A DNA stretch of 64,000 nucleotides from Phoronis australis. Lineage: Eukaryota > Animalia > Phoronida. Of this stretch, positions 62,735 to 64,000 are shown piece by piece. The stretch is from the NCBI GenBank assembly GCA_002633005.1, contig NMRA01000048.1, positions 186,001-250,000 on the forward strand, read 5' to 3'. The first letter of the stretch is position 1. Each line of letters begins with the position of its first letter. The position numbers and the translations under genes are program-made. The notes beneath the pieces were generated by a model. It worked only from the letters and a program-made list of their open reading frames with translations. It was not told the origin of the DNA and did no database searches.

Positions 62735-64000
62735 CTCGGAAGTCAGTGCCAAAATGTAACCAGATAAACCAAGTATAAAACGGGGTTAACACTCTATAAC
62801 TGTGTTAAGATATTTGTCTGGATTAACGACCCAACAGCGAGAGAATGGGCAGATGGGATGGGTCTTTACTTTTTCTATTTCAGAGCAACGTTTGACGCAA
62901 ACAAACGTACAACTGCTAAGAGATCAATGGCACAACGCTCGAGGACTTCGACATTGGCATGGATCATGATCAGGACAAAAAGGAAAATCAATGAGACGGA
63001 CTTAGCTCAAGATGGTGGCTAGAAATCGTAGATTAATAGACTGTGGATTATCTCCGCTTTAATAGAATATCGGAAACTAATAGAGAAATACTAACTTCTA
63101 TGATCTTTTTCATTATTGTCACAAAATTGTAGAGAAAACGATTCGGTGAAAAATCTAGAATAACCTTGTCATACTGAAATGGGATCAATATCCTTGGCTT
63201 ATTTACAGTACAAATGAAAATTGACATATAAAGGTTAGCAGGGAAACAACCAATTAGCAAATACAATGGAGAAAAGTTCCCTTGAGTACAAACAACACGA
63301 GATGAGATTCAAATTGACAATAACGGAATGTAGATTTCGCCTCAGCGATCTTTGCCTCTGAAAAGATTCATTACTTAATTGTAAACAAAACTCAACTTGC
63401 ATCTAGAATTCTGAAAAACTCTATACGATTCTACCTTTTGGGTTCCCTATAATCCTCACACTCAGTCAGTCTGGCCATGATCTGTATATCACTGCACACT
63501 GGCACAACTAAATCCCTAACCACCTAAACCAGAAAACCTATCCCATTGTTTATTTACATCTCACCTTTCATTCCAGCCAATTAGCCATAATGAGCAGACA
63601 CCAGTCCAGCATAACGTATTTCAACACAACTTAATGAAAAGCAGTCTCGAGACATAAACACCCACTCAGGTGCATCATGGGTAGTCCTGGGTAAATATGT
63701 TGCTGCGAGACCACCTCCATGAAAAACTGAACCCATTGTTATTGGTGCAAAGCAATAAGTTGGGGGTATGCTATATCCAGTAAAAGATATGGAGGTCGGT
63801 GGTGGAGTTTGAAATGTAGCCATGTCTCCTGCTTTTGTTGACTAAATTCACTCCCTTCTTACCAAAAATTAAGGCAGAAATTTTTGCTGAAGTTTTCAAC
63901 TTGGCCATTACGTACTGGAGTGAAGGCTATTTAGCCACCAAAGGTCTGTGGTATAGTTGCTTTTACTCACAAAGTGACCCTGTTTATAACACTTTCTTAA

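Overview
Eukaryotic (invertebrate animal, probably lophotrochozoan/marine) genomic DNA, not prokaryotic. Most short ORFs in the supplied track are noise or exon fragments. Two convergent intron-containing genes are present. (1) A cyclic-nucleotide-gated channel alpha subunit (CNGA/TAX-4 type) on the + strand, with three phase-compatible coding exons at 25216-30253 and unresolved 5' exons. (2) A nearly complete teneurin on the - strand, with 22 phase-compatible exons from 61921 down to the stop at 35531 (about 2,445 codons: TM, 8 EGF, FN-plug/Ig, NHL propeller, YD shell, ABD/Tox-GHH/TCAP), plus candidate 5' exons at 62.6-63.8 kb. The first ~25 kb is CpG-rich and littered with MITEs and decayed DNA-transposon pieces, whereas the teneurin body looks CpG-depleted. 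The most interesting signal is hidden in the teneurin introns: frame-preserving microexon/alternative-acceptor candidates, two of them with nearby (U)GCAUG RBFOX motifs. One 24-nt candidate sits at the same NHL loop where vertebrate teneurins carry their latrophilin-switch microexon. There is also a GC-AG intron. All splice variants are predictions from sequence only and need RNA-seq. I see no evidence of a wholly new type of biological system.
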